64,000 bases of DNA. Source: Squalus acanthias. Its lineage: Eukaryota. Of the stretch, positions 51,605 to 64,000 are shown one piece after another. Position 1 is the first letter of the stretch. Every line of letters starts with the position of its first letter. Position numbers and translations under genes: made by a program. The stretch lies in NCBI GenBank assembly GCA_030390025.1, contig CM059431.1:100628001-100692000 (forward strand), in the 5' to 3' direction. The notes under the pieces were generated by a model. The model searched no databases and was not told the DNA's origin. It saw nothing but the letters and a program-made list of their open reading frames with translations.

Positions 51605-51958
51605 AATCCAGTTAGTCCCACCCCACTGCTATTGCCCCATAGCTCTGCAGATTTCTCCCTTTCAAGTATTTATCCAATTCCCTTTCGAAAGTTACTATTG
51701 AATCTGCTTCCACCGCCCTTTCAGGCAGCGCATTCCAGATCACAACAACTCGCTGCGTAAAAAAAATGTCTTCTCGTCTCCCCATTGGATGTTTTGCCAA
51801 TTACCTTCAATCTGTGTCCTCTGGTTACTGACCCTCCTGCCAGTGGAAACAGTTTCTCCTTATTTACTCTATCGAAACCCTTCCCAATTTTGAGCACCTC
51901 TATTAAATCTCCCCTTAACCTTCCCTGCTCCAGCTTCTCCAGTCTCTCCATGTAACTT
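51605..51958 (-). mobile_element. CR1 3' fragment
   Basis: RLRGDLIEVLK..TRGHRLK..FFTQRVV. Confidence 0.82.
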
Positions 51959-52325
51959 TTCATTCTAATTTTCTCCCCTTTCCTTCTGAAGGTGCTGATG
52001 CTCACTGCGAACAGCTCTAAAGGTGCTAGCTGCCCTCTAGTACCTGAACCAAGTGGTAAATCTGCACGTGAAGCTAGACAGTGAAGTTTGAAAGGCCTTT
52101 TGACTGTCCTCACTTTATGTTCCAAGTGTGCTTTCCAGCAGGAGTCAGTGAATAAGCGATGAGAAGCAAGATCGCTGCTTGATGCTCCCCCTCCCAGAGC
52201 AGTCACGCCATCTGTAGAGCTGCTACCGTCATACCAGCTGAGATCAGCTGACGGAATGAGGATTGAATTTGTGACCTATCCAGCCCACACCTGCTAGTTC
52301 ACTTTACCAGTTCAGCATTTGAGGG

Positions 52326-52965
52326 ACCCTCTCAGGTGGACTTAAAAGATCCCACGGCACTAATTCGAAGAAGAGCAGGGGAGTTCTCCCCGGTGTCCTG
52401 GGGCCAATATTTATCCCTCAACCAACATCACTAAAAACAGATGATCTGGTCATTATCTCATTGCTGTTTGTGGGACCTTGCTGCGCGTAAAATTGGCTGA
52501 CGCGTTTCCTAAATCATTCGGCCCATCGTGCCTGAACCGGCTCTTTGAAAGAACTCTCCAATTAGTCCCACTCCCCTGCCTTTTCCCCAATGCCCTGCAA
52601 ATGTTTCCTTTGCAAGTTTATATCCAATTCACTTTTGAAAGTTACTACTGAATCTGCTTCCACCGCCCTTTCAGGCAGCGCGTTCCAGATCATCATAACT
52701 CACTGTGTAAAAAATGTTCTCATTTCCCCACTGGTTCTTTTGCCGATTATCTTAAATCTGTGTCCTCTGGTTACCGACCCTCCTGCCACTGGAAACAGTT
52801 TCTCCCTATCGAATCTATCAGAACCCCTCATAATTTTGAACGCCTCTATTAAATCTCCCATAAACCTTCTCTGCTCTAAGGAGGACAACCCCAGCTTCTC
52901 CAGTCTCTCCACGTAACTGAAGCCCCCTCATCCCTGGTACCGTTCTGGTAAATCTCCTCTGTATA
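52326..52965. mobile_element. SINE fragment (+, 52326-52512) joined to a CR1 3' fragment (-)
   Basis: Family motifs; ORF 52700..52912. Confidence 0.82.
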
Positions 52966-53507
52966 CTCAACTACTTTTCCTCCTGTGAAATAACTCGGAG
53001 ATCCTTAAAGGGATAGATAAACAAAATATTAAGGAAACCATTTTAATATCAAACAGCAACAGGCTAATCCTGAGAAAGTATCTTTCCTTTTTTTGTAATA
53101 AAAAGATTACGATCACAGTGAAGAGCAAAGCCGAGCGACGGTTAAACTTCAAGCTTCTATGTAAATATTGTTCCTTTTTTTTCTATTTTAAATCAAAACA
53201 CACATTTTTTTGTTATCCATAAAACACATCTCATTAGTCAGGGTAAGTAGACTGCTGCTTTGAAAAACATTTTCAAAAAGGCTTGTGTTTTATTGCTGAC
53301 ACCAACATAAATTTTAGTGCAACACAGCATGCATCCAGCGCTGCAAAAACTGAAAGGAAATTTTGGCTGCCAAGTGGGAAAAATATCAAAGCGCTGTGGC
53401 TAGCTACATACTGGGGACCCTCTGCAGCACTTAACTGTACCCTCCTCAAGGTCTTTAAGGTCACTATCAAGCAAGGGGTAAAGCGAATACAGCAACCAAA
53501 GCAGCAA

Positions 53508-53925
53508 TTACATAGAATGTACAGCACAGAAACAGGCCATTCGGCCCAACTGGTCCGTGCCGGTGTTTATGCTCCACAAGCCTCCTCCCGCCCCTCTTCA
53601 TCTCACCCTATCAGCGTATCCTTCTATTCCTTTCTCCCTCGTGTGTTTATCTAGCTTCCCCTTAAATATATCTCTGCTATTCAACTACTCCCTGTGGCAG
53701 CGAGTTCCACATTCTCACCACTCTCTGGGTAAAGAAGTTTCTCCTGAATTCCCTGTTGGATCTATTAGTGACTATCTTATATTTATGGCCCCTAGTTCTG
53801 GTCTCCCCCACAAGTGGAAACATCTTCTCTACGTCTACCCTATCAAACCTTTTAATAATCTTAAAGACCTCTATCACCCCTCAGTCTTCTCTTTTCTAGA
53901 GAAAAGAGTCCCAGCCTGTTCAATC
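53508..53925 (-). mobile_element. CR1 3' fragment
   Basis: ORF 53677..53877 TRGHKYK..RRNFFTQRVVRMWNSLP. Confidence 0.85.
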
Positions 53926-54154
53926 TTTGGGTTACCCGCACACTAACCCCGCCACCTCACCCCCTCCACTCGTTCCCAACACGTCAGAACATTCAAATTC
54001 CCTCTAGTTGTCTACATAACTGATTACACTTAAAGAAGATATAAAAATGCAAATTTTTTCTTCTTCCAAATTTCCAAATCAGAGTTCCACATTCTCACCA
54101 GTCTCTGGGTAAAGAACTTCCACCTGAATTCCCAATTGGATTTATTGCTAATAA

Positions 54155-54795
54155 TAGGCTGCAGTTGTTTTCTTTGGAACAGAGGAGGCTGAGGGGAGAC
54201 TTAATTGAGGTGTATAAAATTATGAGGGGCCGAGATAGCATGGATAGGAAGGACCGATTTCCCATGGCAGTTGGAAAGATTAACTGTAATCATCTGGCAG
54301 TGTTCTCTGACTATATATGCTGTGCCTATATGCATCTCTTCACTTCACCTGACGAAGGAGCAGCGCTCCGAAAGCTTGTGATTTCAAATAAAGCTGTTGG
54401 ACTATAACCTGGTGTTGTGCGGCTTCTCACATTTGTCCACCCCAGTCCAACACCGGCATCTCCACATCATGGCTATTTCCCTTAGCAGAGGGTTCAATAA
54501 CCAGGGGGCACAGATTTAAAGTAATTGGTCGGAGGTTTAGAAGGGAGTTGAGGAGAACTTTTTTCACCCAGGGTGTGGTGGGGGTCTGGAACTCACTGCC
54601 TGAAAGGGTGGTAGAGGCAGAAACCCTCATCACATTTAAAAAGTACTTGGATACACACTTGAAGTGCCGTAACCTACAGGGCTACGGACCAAGAGCTGGA
54701 AAGTGGGATTAGGCTGGATCGCTCTTTGTCGGCCGACACGGACACGATGGGCCGAATGGCCTCCTTCTGTGCCGTAAATTTCTATGATTCTATGA
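54155..54795 (+). mobile_element. CR1 3' fragment interrupted by a Penelope family B terminal repeat (about 54271-54474)
   Basis: FSLEQRRLRGDLIEVYK; imperfect duplication atttcccatggcag / atttcccttagcag around the insert. Confidence 0.85.
54345..54381 (+). ncRNA. Minimal type I hammerhead ribozyme motif (family B)
   Basis: tcac-CTGACGA-A-GGAGC agc GCTCC-GAAA-GC-TT-gtga. Confidence 0.83.
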
Positions 54796-54854
54796 ATTCA
54801 CCTCTTCATATCTTATCTTCCTGAGCAGTTCAAATGAAAGGAGGAGTCTTTCTA

Positions 54855-55013
<159 letters not shown>

Positions 55014-55069
55014 TTAAAGGAAAGAAAAAAATTATCAGCACCGAGACAAAACCTTTTGGCACCAACTGA

Positions 55070-58000
55070 GGTGTCAGCCGTGGCTCAGTGGGTATCATGC
55101 TCGCCTCTGAAGGTTGTGGTTCAGGTCCCAATCCAGAGGCTTGAGCACAAAATCTAGGCTGACACTCCCAGTGCAGTACTGAGGGAGCGCTGCACTGTCG
55201 GAGGGGCAGTACCGAGGGAGCGCCGCACTGTCGGAGGGGCAGTACTGAGGGAGTTCTGCACTGTCGATGGGGCAGTACTGAGAGAGCGCTGCACTGTCGG
55301 AGGGGCAGTACTGAGGGAGCGCTGCACTGTCGGAGGGGCAGTACTGAGGGAGCGCTGCACTGTCGATGGGGCAGTACTGAGAGAGCGCTGCACTGTCGGA
55401 GGGGCAGTACTGAGGGAGTGCCGCACTGTCGGAGGGGCAGTACTGAGGGAGCGCTGCACTGTCGGAGGGGCAGTACTGAGGGAGCACCGCACTGTCGGAG
55501 GGGCAGTACTGAAGGAGTTCTGCACTGTCGATGGGGCAGTACTGAGGGAGTGCCGCACTGTCGGAGGGGCAGTACTGAGGGAGCGCTGCACTGTCGGAGG
55601 GGCAGTACTGAGGGAGTTCCACACTGTCGGAAGGGCAGTACTGAGGGAGCGCCGCACTGTCGGAGGGGCAGTACTGAGGGAGTGCTGCACTGTCGGAGGG
55701 GCCGTACTGAGGGAGTTCTGCACTGTCGGAGGGGCCATACTGAGGGAGTTCTGCACTGTCGGAGGGGCCGTACTGAGGGAGTTCTGCACTGTCGGAGGGG
55801 CCATACTGAGGGAGTTCTGCACTGTCGGAGGGGCAGTACTGAGGGGGTTCTGCACTGTCGGAGGGGCGGTACTGAGGGGGTTCTGCACTGTCGGAGGGGC
55901 AGTACTGAGGGAGTTCTGCACTGTCGGAAGGGCAGTACTGAGGGAGTTCTGCACTGTTGGAGGGGCAGTTCTGAGGGAGTTCTGCACTGTCGGAGGGGCA
56001 GTACTGAGGGAGTTCTGCACTGTCGGAGGGGCAATACTGAGGGAGCGCCGCACTGTCGGAGGGGCAATACTGAAGGAGTACCGCACTGTCGGAGGGGCAG
56101 TACTGAGGAAGAGCTGCACTGTCAGAGGGACAGTACTGAGGGAGCACTGCACTGTCGATGGGGCAGTACTGAGGGACTTCTGCACTGTCGGAGGGGCAGT
56201 ACTGAGGGGGGTCTGCACTGTCGGAGGGGCAGTACTAAGGGAGCGCTGCACTATAGGAGGGGCAGCACTGAGGGAGCGCTGCGCTGTCGGAGGGGCGGTA
56301 CGAGGGAGCGCTGCGCTGTCGGAGGGGCAGTACTGAGGGAGCGCTGCACTGTCGATGGGGCAGTACTGAGGAAGCACTGCACTGTCAGAGGGGCAGTACT
56401 GAGGGAGCGCTGCACTGTCGATGGGGCAGTACTGAGGGAGTGCTGCACTGTCGGAGGGGCAGTACTGAGGGAGCGCTGCACTGTTGATGGGGCAGTACTG
56501 AGGGAATGTTGCACTGTCGGAGGGGCAGTACTAAGGAAGCGCTACACTGTTGGAGGGGCAGTACTGAGGGAGCACCGCACTGCCGGAGGCGCAGTACTAA
56601 GGAAGCGCTACACTGTTGGAGGGGCAGTACTGAGGGAGCGCTGCACTGACGATGGGGCAATACTGAGGGAGTTCTGCACTGTCGGAGGGGCAGTACTGAG
56701 GGAGTGCTGCACTGTCGGAGGGACAGTACTGAGGGAGTTCTGCACTGTCGGAGGGCCGCACTGTCGGAGGGACAGTACTGAGAGAGTGCTGCACTGTCAG
56801 GGGGGCAGTACTGAGAGAGCACTGCACTGTCGGAGGGGCAGCACTGAGGGAGCGCTGCACTGTCGGAGGGCAGTACTGAGGGAGTGCTGCACTGTCGGAG
56901 GGGCAGTACTGAGGGCGTGCTGCACTGTCGGAGGGGCAGTACTGAAGGAGCGCTGCACTGTCGGAGGGCAGTACTGAGGGAGTGCTGCACTGTCGGAGGG
57001 CAGTACTGAGGGAGTGCTGCACTGTCAGAGGGGCAGTACTGAGGGAGTGCTGCACTGTCGGAGGGCAGTACTGAGGGAGTGCTGCACTGTCGGAGGGCAG
57101 TACTGAGGGAGTGCTGCACTGTCAGAGGGGCAGTACTGAGGGAGTGCTGCACTGTCGGAGAGGCAGTACTGAGGGAGTGCAGTCCATGGCCTCGCCCCTT
57201 CCTATCTCTGCAATCTCCTCCAGCCCCACATCCCCTCGAGATATCTGCGCTTCTCTAATTCTGCCTTCTTGAGCATCCCTGATTATAATCGGTCAACCTT
57301 TGGCCGTGCCTTCTGTTGCCTAAACCCTAAGCTCTGGAATTCCCTGCCTAACCCTCTCCGCCTCGCTGCCTCTCTTTCCTCCTTTAAGACGCTCCTTAAA
57401 ACCTACCTGTTTGAACAAGCTTTTGGTCACCTGCCCTAATTTATCCGTATGTGGATCGAAGTCCAATTTTTTGTCTTACAATACTCCTGTGCAGCGCCTT
57501 GGGACGTTTTACTAAAGTAAAGGCGCTATATAAATACAAGTTGTTGTTGTTGTACTGAGGGAGCGCTGCACTGTCGGAGGGGCAGTACTGAGGGAGGGCT
57601 GCACTGTCGGAGGGGCGGTACTGAGGGAGCGCCGCATTGTCGGAGGGACAGTACTGAGGGAGTGCTGCACTGTCGGAGGGACAGTACTGAGGGAACGCTG
57701 CACTGTCAGAGGGGCAGTACTGAGGGAACGCTGCACTGTCGATGGGGCAGTACTGAGGGAGTGCTGCACTGTCGGAGGGGCAGTACTGAGGGAACGCTGC
57801 ACTGTTGGAGGGGCAATACTGAGGGAGCGCTGCACTGTCGGAGGGGCAGTACTGAGGGAGTGCTGCACTGTTGGAGGGGCAATACTGAGGGAGCGCTGCA
57901 CTGTCGGAGGGGCAGTACTGAGGGAACGCTGCACTGTTGGAGGGGCAATACTGAGGGAGCGCTGCACTGTCGGAGGGGCAGTACTGAGGGAGTGCTGCAC

Positions 58001-59075
58001 TGTTGGAGGGGCAATACTGAGGGAGCGCTGCACTGTCGGAGGGGCAGTACTGAGGGAGTGCAGTCCATGACCTCGCCCCTTCCTATCTCTGCAATCTCCT
58101 CCAGCCCCACAACCCCCCGAGATATCTGCGCTCCTCTAATTCTGCCTTCTTGAGCATCCCTGATTATAATCGCTCAACCTTTGGCCGTGCCTTCTGTTGC
58201 CTAAATCCTAAGTTCTGGAATTCCCTGCCTAACTCTCTCCGCCTCGCTGCCTCTCTTTCCTCCTTTAAGACGCTCCTTAAAACCTACCTGTTTGAACAAG
58301 CTTTTGGTCACCTGCCCTAATTTATCCTTATGTGGATCAGAGTCCAATTTTTTGTCTTACAATACTCCTGTGCAGCGCCTTGGGACGTTTTACTAAGTTA
58401 AAGGCGCTATATAAATACAAGTTGTTGTTGTTGTACTGAGGGAGCGGCGCACTGTCGGAGGGGCAGTAGTGAGGGAGTGCCGCATTGTTGGAGGGGCGGT
58501 ACTGAGGGAGCGCTGCACTGTCGGAGGGGCGGTACTGAGGGAGCGCCGCACTATCCGAGGGGCGGTACTGAGGGAGCGCCGCATTGTCGGAGAGGCGGTA
58601 CTGAGGGAGCGCCGCACTGTCGGAGGGGCAGTACTGAGGGAGCGCTGCACTGTTGGATGGGGCAGTACTGCGGGAGCGCTGCACTGTCGGAGGGGCAGTA
58701 CTGAGGGAGCGCCGCACTGTCGGAGGGGCAGTACTGAGGGAGCGCTGCACTGTTGGAGGTGCCGTCTTTTGGATGAGGCCTTAAACCGAGGCCCCGTCTG
58801 CCCTCACAGGTGGATGTAAAAGATCCCACGGCACTATTTCAAAGAAGAGTAGGGGAGTTCTCCCCGGTGTCCTGGCCAATATTTATCCCGCAACCAACAT
58901 AACAAAAACAGATTATCTGGTCATTGTCACATTGCTGTTTGTGGGAGCTTGCTGTGCGCAAATTGGCTGCTGCGTTTCCTACATTACAACAGTGACTACA
59001 CTTCAAAAAGTACTTTATTGGCTGTAAAGCACTTTGGAACGTACTGAGGTTGTGAAAGGCGCTATAGAAAGTTTT
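55070..59075 (+). mobile_element. Deu-domain SINE expanded to about 4 kb by internal arrays
   Basis: Head at 55070-55170 and body/tail at 58757-59075, with arrays and L2 pieces between. Confidence 0.88.
55174..58758. repeat. 33-bp minisatellite in three blocks (55174-57180, 57553-58060, 58433-58758) separated by two near-identical L2 3' fragments
   Basis: Unit agtactgagggagcgctgcactgtcggaggggc; 11-aa periodicity in all frames. Confidence 0.96.
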
Positions 59076-59234
59076 TTCTTTCTTTCTAACGTCAACCACT
59101 AACAATAAACAACATGAATTTATACATGTGTCTTTAATATAAAAAAAGTCCCACGGCATTTCATAATGGAAGAGAATCATGGAAGTGTGATCAAAAATCT
59201 GGTCAAAAAGATATTGAGAAGGCTTTTAAAGAAA

Positions 59235-59910
59235 GACTGCCTCTGAATTGTCACACTGCTTGTCTGACATCCAGTATTGGATGAGCAGAACTTTCCTCCG
59301 ATTAAATATTTTGATGACCGAGGCCATTGTCTTCGGTCCCTGCCACACACTCCATTCCCTAGCCACCGAATCCATCCCTCTCCCTGGCCACTGCCTGAGG
59401 CTGAACCAGACCGTTCGCAACCGTGGCAATCTTCCCTCTAATTTATTTTTGTTGAGCGGCTGCGCATGCGCGGTATCTTTTCCAGCGGCAGCAGCTAGTG
59501 AGCGGCCTGCGCGGGACATCCCGGTTGGCGCGCGGCCGCATACCTTAGTGGGAGCACTGAACTATGGCGCCCTATCTGACCACGAGCTGAGCTTCCGACC
59601 CCATATCCTCTCCATCACTCAGACCGTCTACTTCCACCTCCGTAGCATCACCCGTCTCCGCCCCTGCCTCATCTCATCTACTGCTGAAACCCTCATCCAT
59701 GCCTTTGTTACCTCCAGACTTGACTATTCCAACACACTCCTGGCCGGACTCCCACCTTGCACCCTCCGTAAACCTGAGCTCATCCAAACCTCTGCTGCCT
59801 GTATCCTAACTCGCACCAAGTCCCGTCCACCCATCACTTCTGTGCTCGCTGACCTACGTTGGCTATTTTTTACTGCGTTAAAGGCGCTATATAAATGCAA
59901 GTTGTTGTTG
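59235..59910 (+). mobile_element. L2 fragment containing hAT MITE copy 3 (59427-59559)
   Basis: AETLIHAFVTSRLDYSN; MITE termini CAATCTTCCC / GGGAGCACTG with flanks aaccgtgg / aactatgg. Confidence 0.85.
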
Positions 59911-60824
59911 TATGGCTTAGTACTACGTTGAGACACGGCCTATTGGACTATCTTGAGAAACTGCTTCGCTTTGACTAGTAAATCTCAAATTAATCTGAGG
60001 CAGGATAGTATTGTGCAAAGCGGCTTTTTCAGATGTAGTGCTGAATCTATAAATGGACCTTGCAGAAATTCCATTTAGTGTGAATGGACGACGATGTAAA
60101 AAAGCTGCAACCTGTAATTTCAGCACAAATGAGGTGTTTTCAGATGCAGGTGCAGCAGGCAGAGAGCATGCCTTTTGATCATCCCCATTTTGGACCCCAG
60201 TAATTTACACTGTTGGGGAAGCAGAGTCAACGTGGCTGCGCCTACCTCCGAAGTTTTGAAAGAGACAAAAAAAAAGACAGATTTGTCTTACTTTCTGTTT
60301 TGTTTAATCCGTCCCATTTTACCTCTATATATGCAGCTTTCCAATATGGACACGCTTAATTTAAAATCTACTCTGACCAGCGCCTCAAGGAATCACCTCT
60401 GTTTGTTTGACGGAAAAAAAACACTGTAACTGCAAGATTCTCGCACCAAATGTACTGAGGGGGGAAAAATATCTTTCAGTGTTTAAAAATGTAACACTTG
60501 AAAATAAAACATTCTATAATTCTTCAAAAACATTATTCACTATTGTAAGAAGTAATTCTGACTCCTCAACGCAGCATATGTAGGAAGAGAACCTAAACGT
60601 ATAATGTTGCGATCTGTAATTCAATATCAGTAGCAGAAATAATTTTCAGCTGTAAAAACATACTTACATGGCTATTATCAACATTTACTGACAAACTTAG
60701 AGCACTTCTTTCACTAGTCTGCATGAGAAAGCTACTTTGACATTACCTTCTTATTCTCTTTAAGACTGGATTCTCCCTGTTAATGTCACTCCATGGAAGC
60801 AAATAGGCATTTCCCTCTTTCTCA

Positions 60825-61600
60825 GGTGTCAGCTGTGGCTCAGTGGGCAGCATTCTTGGGGGGGGGAGGGGGAGAGGGGAGGGGGACACTCTCAGTGCCA
60901 GTACCGAGGGAGTGCTACACTGTCAGAGGTGCTGTCTTTCAGATGAGACATTAAGGGGGAGGGGGGAGGGAGGGAAGGGAGGGAAGGGGGGGATGGGGGG
61001 GAAGGGGGGAGGGGAGTGTGACACTCTCAGTGCCAGTACCGAGGGAGTGCTACACTGTCGGAGGTGCTGTCTTTCAGATGAGACATTAAGGGGGGGGGGG
61101 AGGGAGGTGGGGGGGCAGGAGGACACTCTCAGTGCCAGTACCGAGGGAGTGCTACACTGTCAGAGGTGCTGTCTTTCAGATGAGACATTAAGGGGGGGGG
61201 AGGGGAGGGGAGGTGGGGGGGCAGGGGGACACTCTCAGTGCCAGTACCGAGGGAGTGCTACACTGTCGGAGGTGCTGTCTTTCAGATGAGACATTAAACC
61301 GAGGCCCCATGTGCCCTCACTGGTGAACATAAAAAATCCCATGGCACCATTTTAAAGAGATGGGGAGTTCTCCCCGGTGCCCTGGCCAATATTTATAGCT
61401 CAACCAACATCACTAAAAAACAGATTATCTGGTCATTATCACATTGCTGTTTGTGGGAGCTTGCTGTGCGCAAAATTGGCTGCCGCATTTCCGACATTAC
61501 AACAGTGACCACACTTCAAAATTACTTCACTGGGCATAAAGCGCTTTGGGATACCCTGGGGTCGTAAAAGGCACTATATAAATCCAAGTTCTTTCTTTCT
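60825..61600 (+). mobile_element. Deu-domain SINE with four tandem copies of an internal segment of about 70 bp, separated by G-runs
   Basis: gacactctcagtgccagtaccgagggagtgctacactgtc..gatgagacattaa x4; head at 60825, tail at 61590. Confidence 0.88.
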
Positions 61601-61717
61601 TTATTAAAAACTAGGATCCAAAAATTGGATAATTTGAGTTTCTGTCACTCAAGATTTTAATGAAGAACAAAATCTAAAAAGTACGGTATTAATGGAAGGC
61701 TTTGTTAAAATGCCTTA

Positions 61718-61813
<96 letters not shown>

Positions 61814-63073
61814 CTATGGAAAAACAATTATGCTATTGAAAAGCAATTGTTTTTTTTTATTTGTATGTCCCCGATGTAATCAGCCGGATAAAAGCACAAT
61901 TAACATGTCAGACCAAAGCAGCACTGTCCATCAAATCTCTGGTTGGATTTGGATTTTTTTTTCCAGTGAAATTTTAACTTCCATTTACCGTGTGAAAACA
62001 GATTTTTTTTTCCACTTAACGCTCTACAAATGCTTGCCATTCCAACAGTTTTCGCATAATTTTTCAAACTTCCTGGTATAAATGTGGTCTTTTCTATTAT
62101 TCAACTCTCTACCCGTCTTTTATTTATTTTGTGTCTCTTTCCGAATGCCATCTTTCTTCAAGCTCCAAATCCCACAAGCTCAAGACATCATGCGCACTAT
62201 ATCTTTAGCCCCAGATGTCCTGAGGTACCTCAACCTGTGCACTTATTCTTTGTGTTCACACTAAGCGCTTCGCAGACTATTTAAGTTCAGGGGCATTTTT
62301 TAAATTGAACTCCAATTCTTCCATTTCCAAGGCGGAACCTTGAAACATAGTATTTGCTGAGATTCAATGCTGAGCACCAATCATGCAGTGAATGCAATGG
62401 TTTCTTTTTTTTTTATTTAATAGCTGGTTTGTGACAGTGAGAAGACACAATTTTTGCGATTAATAAACCTGCTTTTTGAGAGAACTTTCAACTCATCTCT
62501 AATGCTAGCCAATGGTATTTTTCCATTTCAAACAGCCAGTCCCGTCACCAAATACTCGCAGGCAAGGCACAGCACAGTTAAATACTGAGTAGAGCTCGCC
62601 GTATTCTTCCCCAACAATGTGCCTCAGCCCCAGTCTAAAGCAGTAGCACCACCTCACACCACCACCACCCCCTCCCACCGACTGCGTACGTCTAACACTC
62701 TCCACTTCCTTAAATCCAAGTGAAAGTCAATTTAGTAGCAAATTAGGGAGCAGTTTTGTGTTGCATTAAATATGCCCATTAGGAACTGGATTAAACTGTG
62801 CAAATTCATTACACTCAGGACCCTTACAGTCAGAGACTTTCATCCCGTCTGTTATTGGCTAGATTTGAAGCCATGTCCCACAGGTGAAAAGCCAGTGATT
62901 GAGCCATCCAGCTCTTCAAATAAACCTCAGTTTTAATTACAAGCCTTTCTTGACAAGAGTCTTCAATTAGCGTTAGGGAATTGAACACTTTCCATTTTTA
63001 TCACTCAGTGTTACCATCACATACTCTTAGATTCATGTCTCGCAGAGCTGGGTGCACAGCAAAGCTCCCTCTA

Positions 63074-63310
<237 letters not shown>

Positions 63311-63861
63311 TTATTTTAAACTTTAGCATTATATTTCAATTACTTTTAAAAATCATTGCAGACAGATGATGCACTTCATTAATAAAATGGCAAAGGAATT
63401 TTTTTCACATTGTGCAGTGAAGTGACCGAGTGTACATTGTCCTCCATTTAAACAACGGGCTGAATATAAGAATGACTATTTCAGCATTCACATGCTTTAG
63501 ATTTTACACTACTTGATAAAAATCTGTACATCTCAAATGCCAATAAAATTAGGATTCAAGCACTGTAAAAAAAAAACACAGAATGTTGAGTGTTTTGAAT
63601 AAGCGAAATACTTAATTCTGCTGCTTTCAATTGAGCAGATAAAAATCTGTTTTTCTGGAAGTTCTGGGTTCATTTCCTTGCTTCTCGCGTACCCACAGTC
63701 TAATTAAAATTCATTTCAATCTCCCCCCAAAGACTTAGTTTGTAAAAGCAGTGCATAACTTAAGTCGGACAGATCAGAAGGCTCTCGGGTGAGATCCACA
63801 GCTTTGCCGAGTTCGCCGATCTCAGCCGAGGCACAAGTGCTGTAACTAGTGTCAGAACCCT

Positions 63862-64000
63862 CAGCCATGGCTCGCCTCTGGGTCAGAAGGTTGTGGGTTC
63901 AAGTCCCACACCAGAGACTTGAGCACAAAATCTAGGCCGACACTCCCAGTGCAGTACTGAGGGAGCGCTGCACTGTCGGAGGCGCTGTCTTTCGGATGAG
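63862..64000 (+). mobile_element. Deu-domain SINE 5' part, cut by the window end
   Basis: cagccatggctc..ggttcaagtccc..cagtactgagggagcgctgcactgtcggagg. Confidence 0.85.

Overview
Eukaryotic genomic DNA, most likely from a cartilaginous fish (shark-type CR1, L2, Deu-domain SINE and Penelope repeats). The only host gene is PCCA (propionyl-CoA carboxylase alpha) on the minus strand. Seven GT-AG exons (103, 95, 151, 144, 75, 69 and 76 nt, equivalent to human exons 10-16) splice into one open frame covering part of the biotin carboxylase domain. The rest is intron, packed with nested transposons: CR1 and L2 LINE fragments, tRNA-derived SINEs (two of them expanded by internal tandem repeats), two PIF/Harbinger relics (DDE transposase plus an intron-containing Myb/SANT gene), hAT-type and Harbinger-like MITEs, a solo LTR, and six Penelope-like (PLE) insertions of two families. 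The most notable signal is seven minimal type I hammerhead ribozyme motifs in the PLE terminal repeats. The six with an intact core are all antisense to PCCA. The single copy in the PCCA sense orientation has a mutation at the essential U of the cleavage triplet. One copy sits in the loop of a 165-bp non-coding hairpin mini-element. Most ORFs in the supplied track are repeat artefacts.
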